Shown here one piece after another: positions 60,951 through 64,000 of a stretch of 64,000 nt of DNA. Under the pieces are notes generated by a model. The model did no database searches. It was not told where the DNA came from and worked only from the letters and a program-made list of their open reading frames with translations. The position numbers and the translations under genes are program-made. The stretch's first letter is position 1, and the number at the start of each line of letters is the position of its first letter. The stretch spans positions 13,456,001-13,520,000 of the forward strand of contig NC_058369.1 of the NCBI RefSeq assembly GCF_018350175.1, read 5' to 3'. The DNA comes from Felis catus. Its lineage: Eukaryota.

Positions 60951-61845
60951 ATCGGGCCACCCTGAACTCTTGGCAAGCAACTTCCCACTGTCAAGCCTTT
61001 GCACGTACTATTCCCTCTAGCCAGTACTCTCTCCTATCCTCTCTGAAGACCCGCCCTCTAGAAAAGCACGCCCTCCCCCACTCCCCAGTCTCAGGAAGAC
61101 CGAACCTGTGGGGCTGAGACTGGGAATGCTGTCCGTGGCGGGCCGTTTCCCCGAGGCTGGACGCTCCCGGGGCGTGATCACCGATCGCCACGCATCCAGC
61201 AGCCTCCCCCTTGGCAGCTGTGATGCCCTCCTGCCATTAACCCTCTCCTGGCTGCATGGAGGTCCCCTTGTCCGCCCATCACCCCCCCTCACGTTTTGAG
61301 ATCCTACTCTAGGCCCCTCACTGAGCCAAGCCGGAACACGCACGCACGCACACGCGCACCTTCATTTCTCCCCCCGCAGAGACCTTGGACTCACTTGTTA
61401 GTCCTTTGCCCGCGCTGGGGCCTCCAGCTGGACCTGCTTTCCTACCTCTTTGCTTCCTTGCTGCCTCCTGTGTTCAGCTGGCCCGGCCCCTCCTCGGGAC
61501 TCCCGTAGTACCCTAAGCATTCCCCATCACGCTCTGCCCACTGGGGGGTCTAACTGGCTTCGTGGCCCACTGGTCCGACAAAGACCTCCCTGCGCTGAGC
61601 CTCGGTTTCTCCATCTCTAACAGGGGCGATGAAGAGCGTGCGATATGCCTGGGGCAGAGCTCGCCAGAACCCCAAGGGCTGCTGTTACGCCCATTTCACA
61701 GCTGGGGAAACAAGGCTAGAGAGGGGCTGGGACTGGCCCGAGGTTACCCCGCGAGGGGATTCCAAGCTCAGATTTGGGCCCATCTCTGGGGTGGGGGTGG
61801 CAGGAGCCCGACCCGGCTGACGCTGCCCTGCCCATCTCCCCCTAG

Positions 61846-62662
<817 letters not shown>

Positions 62663-64000
62663 TAGTGAAGCAATGGCACCCCTTCCAGGGGAGGAGGAAT
62701 AAGGACATGTGGTTGGTCAACAAGTGTTGACTGCACTGCTGTCGAGGGCTGGGCGCGGTTCATGGCGCCGGGGACACAGCGGTGGACACGGGCCCGGCCC
62801 CGCCCTTGTGGGGCTCCTGGTGCAAGAAGCGACAAGTGACGAGAAGTGATTAGGTAACGAAAAGGGCTGTGAGGAAGGAGCCTCACAAGGGGAGAGCTGG
62901 GGGCGAAGGGCTCCGGGCGGCAAGCACAGCAAAGGCAGAGGCTGAGAGGTAGGGATGGAGCGGCGGGTTCGGGGAACAGCCCACGGGGCCGAGTGGGAAG
63001 GGAAGGGCCCCGCAACAGGGGCTGTGCCTCAGGGACTTTGTGGGATTGACTCTGAGCACAGTGGGGAGCGTTCGGCAGGATTGAGAGGTTCACTTTAGCC
63101 TCGTCCCTCGGTTTACCGATAGGGTCCCTTGAGAAACCCCCTCTCCATTGCCCTAAGTTTACCTGGATTCCAAGATGGAGGGAGCCACAGAGCCTAAATA
63201 AGGAGGATGGGATGATCATTCCAGGCCATGTAGCACACTGGGGTATGAGGACCCCACATGCCTCCCCCAAAGACCCTTGGCCATCTACACTTCTGAGGCA
63301 CGTGGTAGGAGTGCAGAATGAGGGCACTGGGGGTAGGCTGAAATCGCTGTCTGCTGGGCAGGGCACATGGGTTCCAGCCAGGGAAACCAAGGCTCAGGTT
63401 GTGGGGAGGAGGCTGGTTAAGTGCTGAGTGCCTGGTAGTCTGCTCCCCCACCCCCCGCCACAGCAACCCAGGGAGGCCCCGCCTACAGATGGGGAGACCC
63501 AGGTGCAAAGGAGTCAAACCACTCACCGTGGGCACATCCCCCAGGGAAGACCAAGGCCCTGGGAGGCGCCATGGCCCCAACCTTTGGCCTGCCCGGTTTT
63601 GTGCCAGAGGGACATTGATGCCCCAAGAGGGTCACAGCAGAACCCCACAGCATGGGGCCGAGTTGGGGGGGGGCGGCGGGAAACAGAGGCTGTGGTGTGG
63701 TGCTGCTAGGGGTTTGCAGCATCTGGCGCCTCCAGGGCCGGGGCCTACGTCCCGCCTCAGCCTGGAGGAGCAGGAGGCGGCCCCATCCGGGCTCCCAGCC
63801 AAAATCTGCCTCTCCCCCTGGTAACAGCCGCCTCCCTCCTCTGCCTGGCCTGGGTCCAGCCACCACACACATGCCCACTCCGAGTGGCTGCCCAGCCCCG
63901 CCCTCCAAGTCTTCCAGGACTAGGTGACAGCGGCTGGGGCCAGCCCTCTCCAGGCCTCAGTTTCCTCATCTGGCAGCAGGAAGAACTGGTCCTTTGCACG

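Noticed and set aside
60198..61004. Overlapping 237-268 aa ORFs on both strands
   Set aside because: Stop-codon scarcity in the GC-rich PIK3R2 island; low-complexity P/R/G/A translations
63736..63820. AG...GT-bounded segment as possible PIK3R2 exon 3
   Set aside because: 85 nt (frameshifting) and unlike the p85-beta sequence expected next (GLTL...); the true exon 3 appears to lie beyond the window

Overview
This is eukaryotic genomic DNA from a carnivore, almost certainly a felid, judged by about 23 Can-SINEs including SINEC_Fc-type copies. It is the conserved IL12RB1 - MAST3 - PIK3R2 block (syntenic with human 19p13.11). IL12RB1 is on the minus strand: coding exons 1-12 lie at 15469->1155, and the remaining exons (TM and cytoplasmic part) fall left of the window. 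MAST3 is complete on the plus strand, 22143-57398, with 27 core exons giving ~1303 aa, two extra alternative first exons, one 90-nt cassette exon, and poly(A) signals at 58957 and 59236. PIK3R2 begins at the right end: CpG-island promoter, non-coding exon 1, and SH3-encoding exon 2 (ATG 62273). I checked exon boundaries by hand for GT/AG and phase. I see no prokaryotic system, CRISPR array or new protein family. The most interesting signals are regulatory or isoform-level: (i) an apparent antisense IL12RB1 upstream exon inside MAST3 intron 1, where acceptor choice decides between an N-terminal extension and an overlapping uORF; (ii) a compensated 6-nt shift at the IL12RB1 exon 9/10 junction; (iii) a candidate SINE-derived terminal exon in IL12RB1 intron 9; (iv) a palindromic TTCCGGAA repeat array between the MAST3 poly(A) site and the PIK3R2 TSS; (v) four uORFs in the PIK3R2 leader; (vi) a duplicated TCTCGCGAGA element and RFX-CRE and EICE composite elements. 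Comparisons with human genes are from memory and need confirming by alignment. Repeat coordinates are approximate.
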